From assembly GCA_012295275.1 (NCBI GenBank), contig CM022665.1, positions 18,972,001-19,036,000 on the forward strand: a stretch of DNA of 64,000 nucleotides, written 5' to 3'. Positions 26,145-39,014 of the stretch are shown here, in pieces (positions within the stretch are counted from its first letter, which is position 1; every line of letters starts with the position of its first letter). The position numbers were made by a program, and so were the translations under genes. Origin of the DNA: Chrysomallon squamiferum (Eukaryota > Animalia > Mollusca). The notes below the pieces were generated by a model that saw only the letters and a list, made by a program, of their open reading frames with translations, did not search any database and had not been told where the DNA came from.

Positions 26145-27596
26145 TACTCTCCCAAAAAAGAAACGAAAAATGATTGTTTTCTTAGATAACTATTGTAAAC
26201 TGACACATATCGATGTACAAACTAATAATATAATTACATTTGGTGATTCAAACATACAGCTTTTGTTACAGGCGCCAAAAAGCAGGTAACACAAAATAAA
26301 GGCTACAATCGTGTTTAATAGCCAAAACGTCCCCGTATGCAAACCACGTTGCCAGTGCATGTGCACGTACAGCACATGAAACTTGAATACGAGGGTTATA
26401 AAATTGCAAGGTTTTCGAATACTTCTGTTCGTTATTTTTGTTCTGACCCAACACCAAACAAATGCCTCGAATGAGTGAACCGCAACGAAACAATGCCATC
26501 GGCCGTTTACAAACTGGCGAATCCTTCTCGGCCGTAGCGCTGGTGTTCCATGTATCCCCAAGCACCATCTTGAGATTGTGGTATCGGTTCCAGCAACACC
26601 AAACAACAGGTGACCGTCTCAGATCAGGCCCAGAACCGCTACATACGGGTACTTCATCTACGGGAAAGAACCACCACGGCTGCCTCTACTGCTTCAGCAA
26701 TACCAGGTCTGCGTAGAATATCGGCTGAGACAGTGCGCAACCGTTTACGAGAGGCAGGTATTCGAGCCAGACGGCCTGTAAAAAGAGTGATTTTGACTCA
26801 ACAACATCGTCGACTACGACGTCAGTGGTGTCAAGTGCACAGAGTCTGGCCTCAGTTACGACGGATAACTGGTTTAGTGACGAGGCTCGATTTCTGCTTC
26901 GTCGAGCTGATGGAAGATGTCGAATTTACAGACGTCGTGGTGAACGTTTTGCTACAAACGGCATATAGGAAGCGAACAGATTTGGCGGTGGTAGTGTGAT
27001 GTTGTGGGCAGCAATCTCATACACTGGCAGGACCAACCTGGTTCGCATCCAAGGCAACTTAACGGCACAGAAATACCGAAATGAAATTTTGCAGCCACAT
27101 GTCGCTCCAATTATGAATAATGGTAACTCTGTATTCCATCATGACAATGCGAGACCACATACAGCCAGACTCACAACAGCATACCTAGACAACAATAACA
27201 TTCAGGTCCTGCCCTGGCCCTCTAAATCTCCGGATTTGAACCCTGTAGAGCATTTATGGGTCGAGTTGGATAGACGACTGAGGCAGCATCAACCACAGCC
27301 ACAGAATCGTGCTCAGACAGAGTGGGCCACCATTCCACAAGGTGTAATTTGTAATGTCATTATTGCCATGGGAAGAAGATGTCAGTCAGTTCTGGACTCC
27401 CATGGTGGGCACATAAGGAATTGATATTATACTGTTATAACCTTGAACTTTAACCTTTTCAATGTAATACCATCGATATTAATGAACTGCGAAAGTATGT
27501 GTAAAATGTGAACATTCTGCTGCTTTCTGTTGATCCATTAGATAGATATTCCCAATGTCAATAAAATCTACTTTGCATTTCTTTTTTGTTAGAGTA
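26145..27596 (+). mobile_element. Tc1-family DNA transposon, full length (~1.45 kb), transposase frameshifted
   Basis: TIRs TACTCTCCCAAAAAAGAAACG and CATTTCTTTTTTGTTAGAGTA within TA flanks; transposase 26462-27424 broken over three frames: HTH (MPRMSEPQRNNAIGRLQTG), WFSDEARF, FHHDNARPH, SPDLNPVEHLW; second D to E spacing is 34 residues (DD34E). Confidence 0.95.
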
Positions 27597-28423
27597 TATA
27601 TTTGAATTAGGTAATTGTAGCTTTTGGCCATTGTTGCACCATTTCATTTGAATAATTATATAGTTAGACTATTTATTTACAAAACAGATATCATGTATCT
27701 GTAATCAATAGTTCTGCGCAAGTGTTTGAACTTGATGCAACTTTAAAGCATTTAGTCATATATATATTTTTTTAAATTGAGATGTCTAACAACTTTGAAT
27801 AACACAGCACAACTTTCTTTACGCATGTACCTTGATTTTTCAGACTTAAGTATTTTAAATAGTAGTAACAAGTTAAAAAGATGTCTGGTATGTTGGCCTG
27901 TGTCTGTCTGTGCGTGTGTTTGCTACTTAAGAGGACTACAAGCATTTGATCTTTAACCATATTATACAAATTCGACCAAAGCTTGGAGCTCACGCCAGAA
28001 AGATGTTGCCGGTACTAATTAGGGGCAATTAAATGTCTATAACCATGAGCCCAAAGGCAATTAAAGGCGCAGGTGTAATAAGTCGGATAATTCAAACAGA
28101 AACATAGAAAAGTTTTCTTAGCTTTGTACTTCCTGTGATTTGACTGCAAACATAAGTTACCTCTCATCTGGCCATTGCTGGTATTTTTTCTGATGGAGTT
28201 AATCAACATTTTAAGCAAAAATAAACCAAGTTTTAAAAATTAATTACTGATATTAAAAAAAAAAAGTGATCAGTTTACATTTAATTTAACATTCATTTTC
28301 TATAGTTACGCTTAAGATCCTGAATTAGCTAATTTCAAACATCAGTCTTTTAATTTAATTTTCAAAGTAATATCCAGTACCTGATGCTCGGTTAGATTTT
28401 TGCGTCTTGTACTGTTTGTAGCT

Positions 28424-28689
28424 CAGTGGCGTGCAGAGATGATGCCCAGGGCCCAACTCCTTGGTTGTAAGCCCCAAAGACTCAAGTATAAGGCCTAGTA
28501 CTGAGAAATATTATGGGAAAGGAAGATATTTGGAATATGTAAATACAGATGAAATATAAAATAAACACTTTATTCGATTTAAATATAAATCAACTAAATT
28601 TATTGTTCTTTTCTCTCATTGGATATACGCCCCCATTTGGATGCCCGGGGTCATAGCCCCTTCGATCCCCCCTCCCCAGTATAGCCTTG
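28424..28689. mobile_element. Degenerate hAT-like MITE
   Basis: Starts CAGTGGCGTGCAG with GC-rich subtermini (gatgcccagggc ... gatgcccggggtc..gcccc); right TIR degraded; TSD not clear. Confidence 0.4.
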
Positions 28690-28727
28690 CTGTTACTTGG
28701 GGCTTTGTGTGTGTGTGTGTGTGTTTA

Positions 28728-28759
<32 letters not shown>

Positions 28760-28764
<5 letters not shown>

Positions 28765-28878
28765 TCATAATTAAGAATAGTGGTATTTGTTTGGACTGAT
28801 AATTTTACATCCAAGTAAGAAACGTCTTGCTGAAAGTGTAAAACTAAAAACTGTATGTCATTTTGTTTATGCGTTTCA
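28760..28878 (+). repeat. ~115-bp dispersed repeat, copy 1 (copy 2 at ~52707-52820)
   Basis: ttatttcataattaagaatagtg.tatttgtttgg.ctgataatt...agtaagaaacg.cttgctgaaagt.taaaactaaa.actgta...tgtcattttgtttat.cgttt occurs at both sites in the same orientation. Confidence 0.85.
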
Positions 28879-29120
28879 ATGTAGGCCAACAGTTCGCTGT
28901 ACAGATAATATTTCCACTGTATGCAAATATCAATGTTACTGATAGGGGTAGGCCTAGAAGTTACAACGACACAGGGTGTGTGATACGCGATTGAACCAAT
29001 TACGTTAGGGGAGAAAAGATAAAGACTGACAAATGTGTGTCACGTGAGTTTGAGTATCATTCCTGTTCTTACTCATTTCCTTTTTTCTCCTAAAGCTATT
29101 TTCATTTCAGAGAAACCAAC

Positions 29121-30632
29121 ATGAACACGATTGTTAACCCTGTAAGTTATATTATTCAGTTAATTAACTATCTTATTTACTTTTTATTTTAATCTTTTTT
29201 AATTGTTTATGTTTTATTTTAATTATGTTGTTTTATATGTGTTTGTGTGTGTGCGTGTGTGTGGGGGGTGTTAGAATAAATGATTTTATTTTCATCTCTC
29301 CTTCTCTTCGTATATTTGTTATTTTGCTGATATTTCTTATTTTATCTTTCTTACATCTCTCGATTCCAGTCACAGAAAAAATACTAAATTTGTTTCTTTA
29401 AAAAACCATGATTTCTTACAGTGAATTGTTTTAAAATTGCAGAAAAAAACGCAGAAACAAATCAGTAATAATACCAGAGCCCGATACGGCCATTTGTTTG
29501 TTTATTTATTATTTTGGATGTTTTTGCTGTTGTTGTTGTGGGTGTTTCCTTCTTCTTCAGCTTTGCGATATATATATATAAAATCAAGAATTTGAGTACT
29601 TTTTTTTTTATTTATTTATCTATTTTATATAATTTTAGTAACTTTGAACTCTACATCCGTGTCCGCCTCTAAGCTTGGAATTAAATGTAATCATATTTGC
29701 ACGGAATCGTGCGTGTAAGCAATAATAACAAAAGCTCATCTGACTAATTAAACAAGGACAATAAATTTGAGATTTCAATATTTGTCTTTTTTCTCAGTAG
29801 CTGACGGGAGGCCAACTTTAAATTGTTTTATAAAGATAAAGCACTAGAAAGCAGTCTTTCGATATATTCAAATGGTGGCTGGAAAAAAGCCACAATGTAG
29901 TATAGGAAGAAAAATCACAGGAAAAAAGTCACAATTTTTATATAACAAAATGTATGGGTTTGTAGAATACTGAATATGGCATCATAGTATGCATGAGGTA
30001 ATTGTGAAGCATATTGATTAGGCCATTTAGGCTAGATTAAGGAAAAAGGCTTCATATTGTGCAGGGTGATGCTTGAGTCTAGCTTACTGATTAGGATAGA
30101 TTTAAACTAAGAGCTTCCTATTGTAAATGATTTATAAAATGTCCCAGGTTAAAATGTGTTTCACTATATATTCTCCAGCTTGCTCTAATATCAGAATGCG
30201 ACGTACAAAATGCGTGGTAACAAAATCTGCTTTGAGGGGTTCATGTATACCAAACATGCAAGCTCGCAACTTGTGCGTCGACCGCCTTGACGACCACAAG
30301 ACTGTGGTAGAATGTCTTCATGGTATTGGGTGGAACATCCGCCTAAACCACCAACATTAAAATCAAAGAACATTAACAAAAAACTCTGACAAAATGTGTT
30401 CAGTCTAACATTCATTGCTAATATATTTCTTAATTAAAAATTGTGACTTTTTTCCTGGGACTTTTTTTCCCCAAGTTTCATTCAAATACACGTGAACTTA
30501 CTTTTTTCTTGTGCTTTCTATTTTTTTTCTTTCTTTTTTTCTTTTTTTTTTTCAGTAATAACATTTACAAAATCAAAGAAGTAAATACTAATTCTTGCTA
30601 AATATCTTTAATCCATATAACCCAGAAAACCA

Positions 30633-30676
<44 letters not shown>

Positions 30677-33035
30677 CAAGGCTCGAAACGTGTCTGAAAT
30701 GTATATTGAAAAAATACTGTGGCCCGAATTTATTTTTGTTGGCCCAAACAAAAAATATTAATATTTCAGCTTTTAAATGATTATTAACTTTTGAAGTAAG
30801 ATTTTTAAAATATGTTTCGAAGAATCACTTATGCAAATACATCAGCATATGTGATATTTAAATTATTTTTTGTCGAACGCTCATGCAGGTACTCAAGTGG
30901 TTCTATTCGGCCGAGATGATCCGAATGGTCACGATTCGTTTTACGATACTGGATTAGCAAGACTTAACGTTTTATTTATCAAGACTACAATTAACTACAT
31001 TCATGTCCGGTCTGCAAAATTAGTGTTTATAAATACTAGATGTTGGCAAATTAAAGTAAGCCGATACGTCCACTTTATCGAACTGTGTGTAAACCTTTTA
31101 TGTGAAATAAATTATTAATAGTGGCTTTTGTAACTTACAGAAAAAAAGGTCGCCAAAATAACATCTCTGATCAGTGATCCCAGTCGCCCAAACGGAACTT
31201 TGGTCGCTGTATAAATTGTATAATAATAATGTATTACCATTATTACTATTACTAGTATTAGTATTACAGTATTACTATTAGTATTACAATTTACAGTATT
31301 AGAACTATTACCAGTATAAGTATTAGTATTACTTATTACTAACAGTAATACTATTAGTTTTAATAATATGTGTGTGTATATATAATTATATATGTATATA
31401 TAATATATGTTCAACAGTACATACAATGATACATGATACATACAATCATAACAATGATACATACACTATTAATTATTATGACTATACCAATATACATTTA
31501 ATGTCATTACTCCATGGTCTGTTTTAACATATGATATTTAATTTCGTCCTAGGCTGTTCCCTATGTAGGAGTTATACCAGGAGGCCTTTCCCATTGTATG
31601 AAGATCATTGTTCAAGGAAAGGTTCCTCACCATCAGAATGAGTAAGATTATTTTACTTCTTAATAACAAAATATTTTTATTGTTTAATAAGCATTCAGAA
31701 TCTCAGAAGCAGACTAGCTCACTCCTTCTCCTCTATTAGTAACAGTGTTACCACCTACTAATGATATTTTTTGTGGTTATTAGTTTTTATTTATTTATTT
31801 TATTTTTTCTGCTTCTACTTCAATATTTTTATTTATTTTTTATTATTGTTGTTACTGTTCTTACAACAGTCTGGCACAAAGAAGATTTTATCGATTTCAT
31901 TGATACATTTTGTTTTTCTGTAAACTCCAAGATATTTCTGATATAATTATTTGAAAAGGAAATATAATACAATTAAGCTGCCTTGTTAATTTGTTGATGA
32001 CTGAATAAAGCAATTAGTTAAGACAGAAAAACCAGTTAAAACATTTTCATTGTTGTTATTTAATTTTGTTCACTAATATGCATCACTTTCTGATTCCAGC
32101 TTCTCGGTTAATTTTGCAACTGGCCCCAGCATAGAGCCTCTGTCAGACTGCTGCTTTCACTTCAATCCGAGATTTAACCAAAACTGCGTGGTTCGAAATT
32201 CTCTCCAGTATGGTAGCTGGGGTTCCGAAGAAAGACACAGTGGAATTCCATTACAGAAAGGAGTTCCATTTGAACTTCTGTTTAATGTCAGACATGATTC
32301 ATACAAGGTATGTAAGCATTATCATTAAAAATAAAAAAGAAAGACAAGAAAATAAATATAATAAAAATATCTTAAACAATTTGGTGATTTTTTATTCAGA
32401 CAAAAATTACTACCAAAATGAATAAAACAAAAACTTGTAACAAATAGGTTTTGTGCCAACTAGCAGTTTTATAAATATAATGCATGTATTATTTAGTAAG
32501 GGGAAATTATAGACTATATAACTATTTATTGATTATAAATAATGAATCATAAGTTAATGTTTGCCTTATTATGTAATAATTGTAATTAAGTATCTGGATA
32601 CACATTCACTAATTATCAGATTATTCAACACACACACACAAAAAAAACCACAAAAAAAACTCACAAAGAAATGTTGGCCTATCTTAAGTATTTGACGTAC
32701 AAGCTAAACATACAATATTTATTCACTTAGGAGTAAAGCTTTGATTTGTTTAAATACCAACAATCATTTATTTTTATAGTTTGACATATAAACAGGTAGT
32801 TACTTTAGCACAGGGAAAAAAACCTGTATATGAAATAAATATAATATCATAAATATGCAGTAAATGTTGTAGGTTTTTGTGAATGGACAGCACTTTATCG
32901 ACTTCAGACACCGCATGCCTAAAGAAACTGTCCAGTATTTGATAATTTTGGGAGGCGTTGAAATCAGCTACATCAAATTCGAATCAGATTACCCAGTGGT
33001 AGGCTTGTTTGTTTATTCTAAAAAATCAGATCATA

Positions 33036-33072
<37 letters not shown>

Positions 33073-35480
33073 TTATTGCAGAAAAAAAGGTTTCTTACTT
33101 TTATATTATTTTTTCTCCCGTAAAATATTTTATATTGAAGATATCCATATTTTTCATTTACAGTTTTATGGCTGCTCTCAGATAAAATAAATAAACCAGT
33201 TGGTGCAATATGACTTGCTTCTCCTTCTTTATTATATATATGCATTATCAAGACAGAACAAGCATTTACTAAACCACTCAGCAGGCAAATGGGAAATAAC
33301 AGAAATCAGAGAAAAGAACAAAAGAAAAATAAACAGAAAATAAATAAACAAGTAAACAAATAAAAAAATAAAAATTAACAATAGTAAATACTTAAAAAAC
33401 AGTTATTTATCATATATATATATGAAAATAACAAATAAATCTAACTAATCGGATAAAAACAGTGGCTGTATTAATGTGTAAGTAAGTTAATATGTTTACA
33501 GTTTATTCTTTTTAATCTAAACTATTTGTAAACTTTATGTGATTGTTCTTGTTGCTATTACTGTTATCACTGTTATTGCTCTGGAGGTTCCGTTACCTTT
33601 TTCTTCTTCTTCTTATTTGTATTGTTATTATTATTATTAATATTACTATTTTTGTTATTATTATTAGGGATATGCTCCTCCTCCTCCACCAGCAGCTGGC
33701 TATCCTGGAGCACCTGTTTTTAATCCAGTAAGTTTAGTCATAGTGATAAAGCAACATGAATTTAAATACTTTTTATGAAAACTGCTTTAATTTCAAATAT
33801 AGATAGGTAGACAGATGTTTGAAATATTTTTATTGTTTTCTTTCTGAGCAAAAATTAAATTACTAAATAAAATCTACTACACTGTTGTTTGAAATAGCCA
33901 AGCTAATTATTTATTTCATTATTGTTTAGAACCAGTATATTTTATATGCATCTCATGATCTGAATCTAAATAAAATTATTTGTCTGTTTGGAATTTATGA
34001 AATTGGTAATGATGATGATGATGATGATATCGACATTTTGGAGATATTTTCACTTTTTTCTTAGTGGTACCTGTCTTTAGCGGCCTAAGATATACATTTT
34101 TCTGAGACCTGATTGTTTTTCAGTGGATATGTCCATTAGATAAGTAGCCACAGACAGCAGTTAAAGATGACAGTCATAGCAATTTGGATTTGTCTTCTCC
34201 CAAATAAATAATTTTATTGTATAGCAGCTTTATGCAATATTTTTAAATATGGTGTCATCCATTTCCATCACTATCAATGCATGCAGGGAGTATTGTTATT
34301 ATTGAATCACAACAGCCTGTGAATTACAATTGCCTAACTGTGCAAGTTCAATCCATTTGGTACATAATTCAGTCATTCAACATCATTCCATGTGTATTCA
34401 TGGTTTATTGGCATCCATCAATGAACTCGAAGTGTATGCAATTTTGTTTTAGGAGAATGCCCTGCCATGACGATTTATCTTGTGGGTACTGTGGGGTTAA
34501 TGTCAGTAAAGATTCCAAATGTAACAAAAAAAAAATTACGAGACACATACCACTGTACATATAATAAAAAAATTAATTAACAGTATTGTTTTTATTGCTT
34601 TTAATGCTTATGTCTGTTTCTCCATTGTACAGCCTACACCATATTTGGTGAACATTCCAGGAGGATTGTATTCTGGTCGTATGATATTTATCAGTGGTAT
34701 TCCAAAAATAAATGCCTCCAGGTAGGTTGGTTATTGGCTTTTTGTATGGGGGTAAAATTAAATATATTTATTGTTCTCATCACATTCAGTGTTGTTGTTC
34801 ATTTTCTAATTGTTTTTCTTTCTGAAAATAATAGATCCTGAAACATATGCATATGTCTGTTGTCTATTTTTGTTAATTTATACCAAAATGCATATGACAT
34901 ATATTTCAGATTTACTATTAACCTCCAATGTGGTCCTCAAGAAGCCAATGACATAGGGCTTCACTTTGATGCACGATTTAAGTTCGGTGACAGTGTTAAA
35001 GTGACTGTCAGAAACCACAAAGTAAATGGTGTCTGGGGAACAGAGGAACGTCATGGACCGTACTTTCCATTTGCTGAAAACTACCCCTTTGACATGATCA
35101 TTTTGGTGGAAATGCACTGTATCAAGGTAATTAATTAGTCAGCTGGTACTAGATACCATAACTTTTCTTTTATTAAATGGAAGCAGGTTTTTTCCTGAAA
35201 AGAACCTTTATATCACATAAGTTATATGGAACTTCAGTCACATTAAATATGATTAACCTTTTCTTATAATCCATATACACAAATATTTTTCTTGTTTGCT
35301 CTTTCTCTCTGTTGCTCTCTATCTTTGTTTATATCTGTCACTTTCTCATGTATTTATTCACAGGTTGCTGTCAACAATCAGCACTTCTGCGAGTTTGGAC
35401 ATCGGATTCACCCACCAACTCGAATTGACTGGCTCAACATTACTGGCGATGTCCAGCTGACTTCAGTTCGTGTTCAGTGA
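29121..35480 (+). CDS. Tandem-repeat (two-CRD) galectin B, galectin-4/8/9-like, ~308 aa, 8 coding exons
   Basis: Exons: 29121-29141 MNTIVNP; 31553-31641; 32100-32307 (FHFNPRF..VRNS..WGSEER); 32873-32998; linker 33668-33727 (GYAPPPPPAAGYPGAPVFNP); 34633-34721; 34910-35126 (LHFDARF..WGTEER); 35364-35480. All GT-AG, total 927 nt; probable 5'UTR intron 29044-29110. Confidence 0.93.
29874..30479 (+). mobile_element. Internally deleted MULE-like DNA transposon in galectin B intron 1
   Basis: Inverted subterminal repeats GGAAAAAAGTCACAATTTTT and AAAAATTGTGACTTTTTTCC; flanking direct repeat ATTCAAAT (29866-73, 30480-87); internal remnants MRGNKICFEGFMYTKH (FLYWCH-like start) and VECLHGIGWNIRL* (MULE transposase-like C-terminus). 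Confidence 0.65.
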
Positions 35481-37132
35481 ACCACTGTTACCATGTGAAG
35501 CAAATTGCTGACAAACTGTTTTCTTCACTTAATATTCAGATCACAAATTTCATATGGGGTACAACCCACTCCCCAATGAAAGAACAAAAGAAACCCAGTT
35601 TTATAGTTTTAAAACAAAATATTTCCTCTAAACATATATACATATAAAAATTAATTAAATAACTACATGATTATTAATTTAATTTTACTAAAAAAAATTC
35701 TCAGAATAATGGTTAGTTTAATATAACCTTACGATTCTCATAAATGTTTTGGTTAATTTTGTTTTAAAAATTACCAGTCAGCTATAATGTTTAAAATAGA
35801 AACAAAATAATTTACCCTATATAATAATAATATGAAGAAAGAGAATAATTGAATGAATGAATGAATGAATGAATAGAACCAGAAGCTGAATCAAGCTGCA
35901 ACAGAAGATTATTGCTTTGTTTTGTTTTTTTGTAGTGCTTGGCTTTAATAACACCCTACCAAATATAAAAATACTTTGACATTGCTATAATATAAGCTGA
36001 AACTTTTTTTTGATTTATTTTAAAAGAAAACAATAAAGATATGTATAACCTTTTTGTTTTTAATTTCTTGTGATGGATATAATTATGTTATTCAGAAAAG
36101 CAACAGTTAATTTCAGAGCTGCCATTATTTGTTAACTTCAATGAATATTATTTACGTTTAATAAAAAAATAAATAAATAAAAGCTTTACTGAAACTGATT
36201 TTTTAAAAACTATATACACTGTAATAGGAAAAAGCACTCAAATAAATTACACATATACACAAACACAAACCAAACAATAAAAAAAGGGAAACAAAAAAGG
36301 AAGAATGAAATCTGACAACAAAAAACAAAATGCCAGAAATTAGTAAAACAATTTGATGCATAGTTTTTGTCATAATTCTTAATAATCGGGTTCATTTAGA
36401 AACAAAATAGTCATCCGACCTCTATGTGTAGTCCTATGTAATAGATTAAAATAAGCTGAGTGTGTTTTTCCTTTTCTTATCTTTATATGTATAATGCTAT
36501 TTATGATGGTAGATTACAAATATTTTGAATGCAATGTTAAATAAAATATTTATTTCCTTAAATGACCACTGAAACTGAATTCAGTATAATAAATTAAAAA
36601 ACAAAACAAAAGTAAAAATAATAAATATACATTCTTAAAATTTTAAATGTAATTTCGAAGTGAAGACTAAAGAAATTTGTATAAAAACAAGTAAAAATTG
36701 TTGATATCTAACCATAAAATAACAAATATCTGTTTAGAATGTTTTGCTGCTAATAATAGAGCTAAACAGTAATGAAACAGAATACTGTGTAACAAGGATA
36801 ACATTGAAAACCAATACATTAGTATGGCATTATTATTATTTATCGTTATTTATTTATTTATTTATATATATATAAAATATATAAATAATTTTAAAAATCT
36901 AAAAAAAAAATGGTAACTATTCCAAGAAGAAAAGTATATAAGTAGTAATATGTAAAAAAATATTTTTATGTTTCTAAAGGTTCTAAATAAAAACAGAATT
37001 GAACAGTAAATGGGATTAACTCCTTAAAAAAACAAAAAACAAAAAAACAAACAAAATGTAATTAAAATTGATTTCAATTTAAAAGTTACAAAAGCTATAG
37101 TGATGCAGTCATTTTTTCCTTGATGTCAGACA

Positions 37133-39014
37133 TTACTGTTCTGTGCCTGCTGATAATAATGGACCTATATATCCAATCATGAAGTCAGATTCATCCATAC
37201 TTAGGTATATACCCATGCTTGTGTTTCCTTCTTTGAAGTGGTCTCCATGGAAATCAGATGTTGTCACCAACATTCCAGCTTTACCATTTCTGACATAAGC
37301 AATGTAATTGAATTGGTAAGGTCTCTGTGGATAAACAATACTGTTGAAGATTTTGTATTCTATCATGACCTGATCCTTTGGTTCAAAATCTAACATGGCC
37401 TTGCGCTTTACATCTGCAGTACTGGTGCCACTAACAGAAATGGGAAGACAAATTGCCCCAATAGCTGCTGTTAGTCGATTGTTCAGAAACAGCTCACAAA
37501 TGTCAGATAACCGGTCAGAATCTATATTTGGTGTCACAATGTAAATTAAATTATCCTTGTCTGAGAACCAAGAATTCAGTGCTGACTTCCATAAACGGTA
37601 CAGTACAGGCCCTTCCATATGTGCACCATTCTTCAGTCTCTGTAATTGTTGTGACAGGGCATCACATGAAAACTGAAATAGTCCAAGAGAATTTTATGCA
37701 TGGTAATTGAAATTCAACATAATTCAGACAAACTAAATATTTCTTTGAAAAATTACTGAATTTGTTTAGATGTAATTCTTGCCACAGAAAATGTATTATT
37801 TATTTTTAAAACAATCTAATATGCTTAAAAACTTTTTAACATATTCATTGTACAAAATTTATATCTGATTTTCATTACTATTATTATTATTAATATTTTC
37901 GACATATATTTAATCTTTCATTTTTGATTTGATTTCAGGAATTATAGATCTTCTGTTAATTTTTAATTTGTTTCTAGATGTTTGTTTTAATTTTTTCTGT
38001 GCTTAGATAAACTTTAGAAATATAAAGTAATATTCTGTTGGACATACCATGAGTCCAGCAACATATCTGAAATAGAAAAGAATTATACGGAATTATGTGA
38101 AAGACATACCAGTTCTGGGTTTGGTTTCATATAGACGTGATTTGCTGAAGAGAAACAGAATTTGGTTTCTTTCGCTGAAGGCATGTTTTCTGCAACTGGT
38201 TCTCTAACTAAGTCAACAACAGAAACATCATCCAATAAGGCTTCATCTGGCCAATTTTGGCGATCTTTGGAAAAATTAAATAAAATGAAATGTGATAAAC
38301 TATATAGCTTTGAGATATATACTATGCATATCCCAAAAAATGGGATATTTATTTTTACAAAACATGTATGTTATATTAATAGTTATATAACTTCCAAAAG
38401 TTCTAAAGTAAAGGTGTACAAAAATAAATTAAAACCCCCAAAACCTAATGGGGCAATTTATATTATTTGGATGGTTATATATAATCAGTAAGTCTCGATT
38501 ATAATTGTACAAATATATTTTAGATATATGCGGGCTAATAATGTTTAGACTTACATTTTCTTTTGATAGCCTCCTTTTCTAATTCTAGGGCTTCCTTCTC
38601 GTCTTTGGTATATAACTCTTTGAGACATCTAGGGTGCTGCACTGGTGATTCGTATCCATCCATTATACCCTGGAAGCGATCAACGAACCAGTCTATAGCA
38701 AACTGGCCACTGACGGTCAAAAGACCGCTGGCCATAAACACCGAAATCTTCACGCCGTCAACGTTAAGAATTACTCTATCGTCTCCCTTGGGTACTCTTT
38801 TGTAAAGTTTCCGGTACGGAAAGAATTGCACTGGATAGTTGTTAGGGTGTTGCAGTACGTGCATCCAAAAAATTGCCAGGGCTGTTGAACCTCGTTTTGA
38901 TACATGTTTGATACAGACTGATGCTTCTTTGCTGATATATAAATAAACAAGTTCACCAGTCTTTGAGGACACGAATGATCGAATATTTCGTTCAATTCCA
39001 GTTTCCTCGGCCAT
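37133..39014 (-). CDS. Uncharacterised ~384-aa protein; putative TBP-like N-domain and degenerate PLD-like C-domain
   Basis: Exons 39014-38555 (accaccATGg; T|gtaagt), 38264-38110 (ccaaag|...PNPEL|gtatgt), 37672-37133 (tttcag|FSCDALSQ...SAGTEQ*); phases 1 and 0 join ORFs 38535-39029 and 37133-37618 into one frame (1155 nt). In-frame upstream ATG at 39029; 5'UTR intron 39136-39047. The gene model is well supported; the domain calls are inference. Confidence 0.85.

Noticed and set aside
26190-26606. 138-aa and 100-aa minus-strand ORFs
   Set aside because: Antisense to the Tc1 leader and transposase.
29039-29048. CLEAR-like E-box GTCACGTGAG upstream of galectin B
   Set aside because: Overlaps the probable splice donor C|GTGAGT; a single motif is not sufficient evidence.
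38048-38066. 19-nt candidate microexon (tttcag|ATATGTTGCTGGACTCATG|gtatgt) in the PLD-like gene
   Set aside because: Would need a 43-nt upstream intron and shifts the frame to an immediate stop; the flanking exons join in frame without it. Could only be a poison exon.
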